Assembly: GCA_041751535.1 (NCBI GenBank)
Contig: JBGSXJ010000083.1
Location: 1 to 61,679, forward strand
Length of the DNA: 61,679 nucleotides
Origin: Aquaticitalea sp.
GTDB taxonomy: Bacteria; Bacteroidota; Bacteroidia; Flavobacteriales; Flavobacteriaceae
Reading direction: 5' to 3'
Shown: in pieces, positions 61,601 to 61,679 of the stretch
How positions within the stretch are numbered: position 1 is the first letter of the stretch
How the letters are laid out: every line of letters starts with the position of its first letter
The notes under the pieces: model-generated
Database searches by the model: none
What the model was told of the DNA's origin: nothing
What the model saw: the letters and a program-made list of their open reading frames with translations, nothing else
Translations under genes and position numbers: made by a program

Positions 61601-61679
61601 CAGCCGCTAAAAACGGTAACGTTGTGGCGAAAAAGTTCCTTGAATCAGTGTTGTTTTGGTGTGAATCGGAAGGGTGAAA

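Noticed and set aside
61351-61677. 108-aa open frame at the window end
   Set aside because: Overlaps the porin stop and runs through a consensus stable-RNA-type promoter; the composition is not protein-like

Overview
AT-rich chromosomal window from a Bacteroidota bacterium, most likely a marine Flavobacteriaceae. Evidence: TAnnTTTG promoters, a SusC/SusD pair, a T9SS C-terminal domain, the long-form urocanase and the coaX-lptC-tlyC-ppiD gene order. Most of it is core genome (tRNA-Phe, coaX, lptC, hutU, hemL, lysS, lipB, rnhB) mixed with envelope and regulatory genes. It ends at a strong promoter that probably starts an rRNA operon. I saw no integrase, transposase, phage gene or CRISPR array. 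Most notable: (1) lysS carries an AT-rich replacement C-terminal domain, and a headless, diverged second copy of that domain lies ~1.4 kb downstream, with an AT-rich TPR gene between them. (2) A 502-aa all-helical, TPR-like gene sits divergent from an unannotated 49-aa signal-peptide ORF that leads a membrane-protein/DUF2157/GDYXXLXY cluster, and the spacer holds a duplicated ATCGTCAGT(T)AATTT box, which resembles an RRNPP-type peptide-signalling layout. (3) A split HTTM/vitamin-K-carboxylase-like gene pair is coupled to a membrane EEP phosphoesterase. (4) Four TGTCTAT boxes at exact 11-bp spacing follow a TPR-LuxR sensor. (5) A deletion scar fuses two headless divergent genes downstream of tRNA-Phe. 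Three small genes missing from the ORF track were read by hand. All family assignments come from motif recognition, not database searches.
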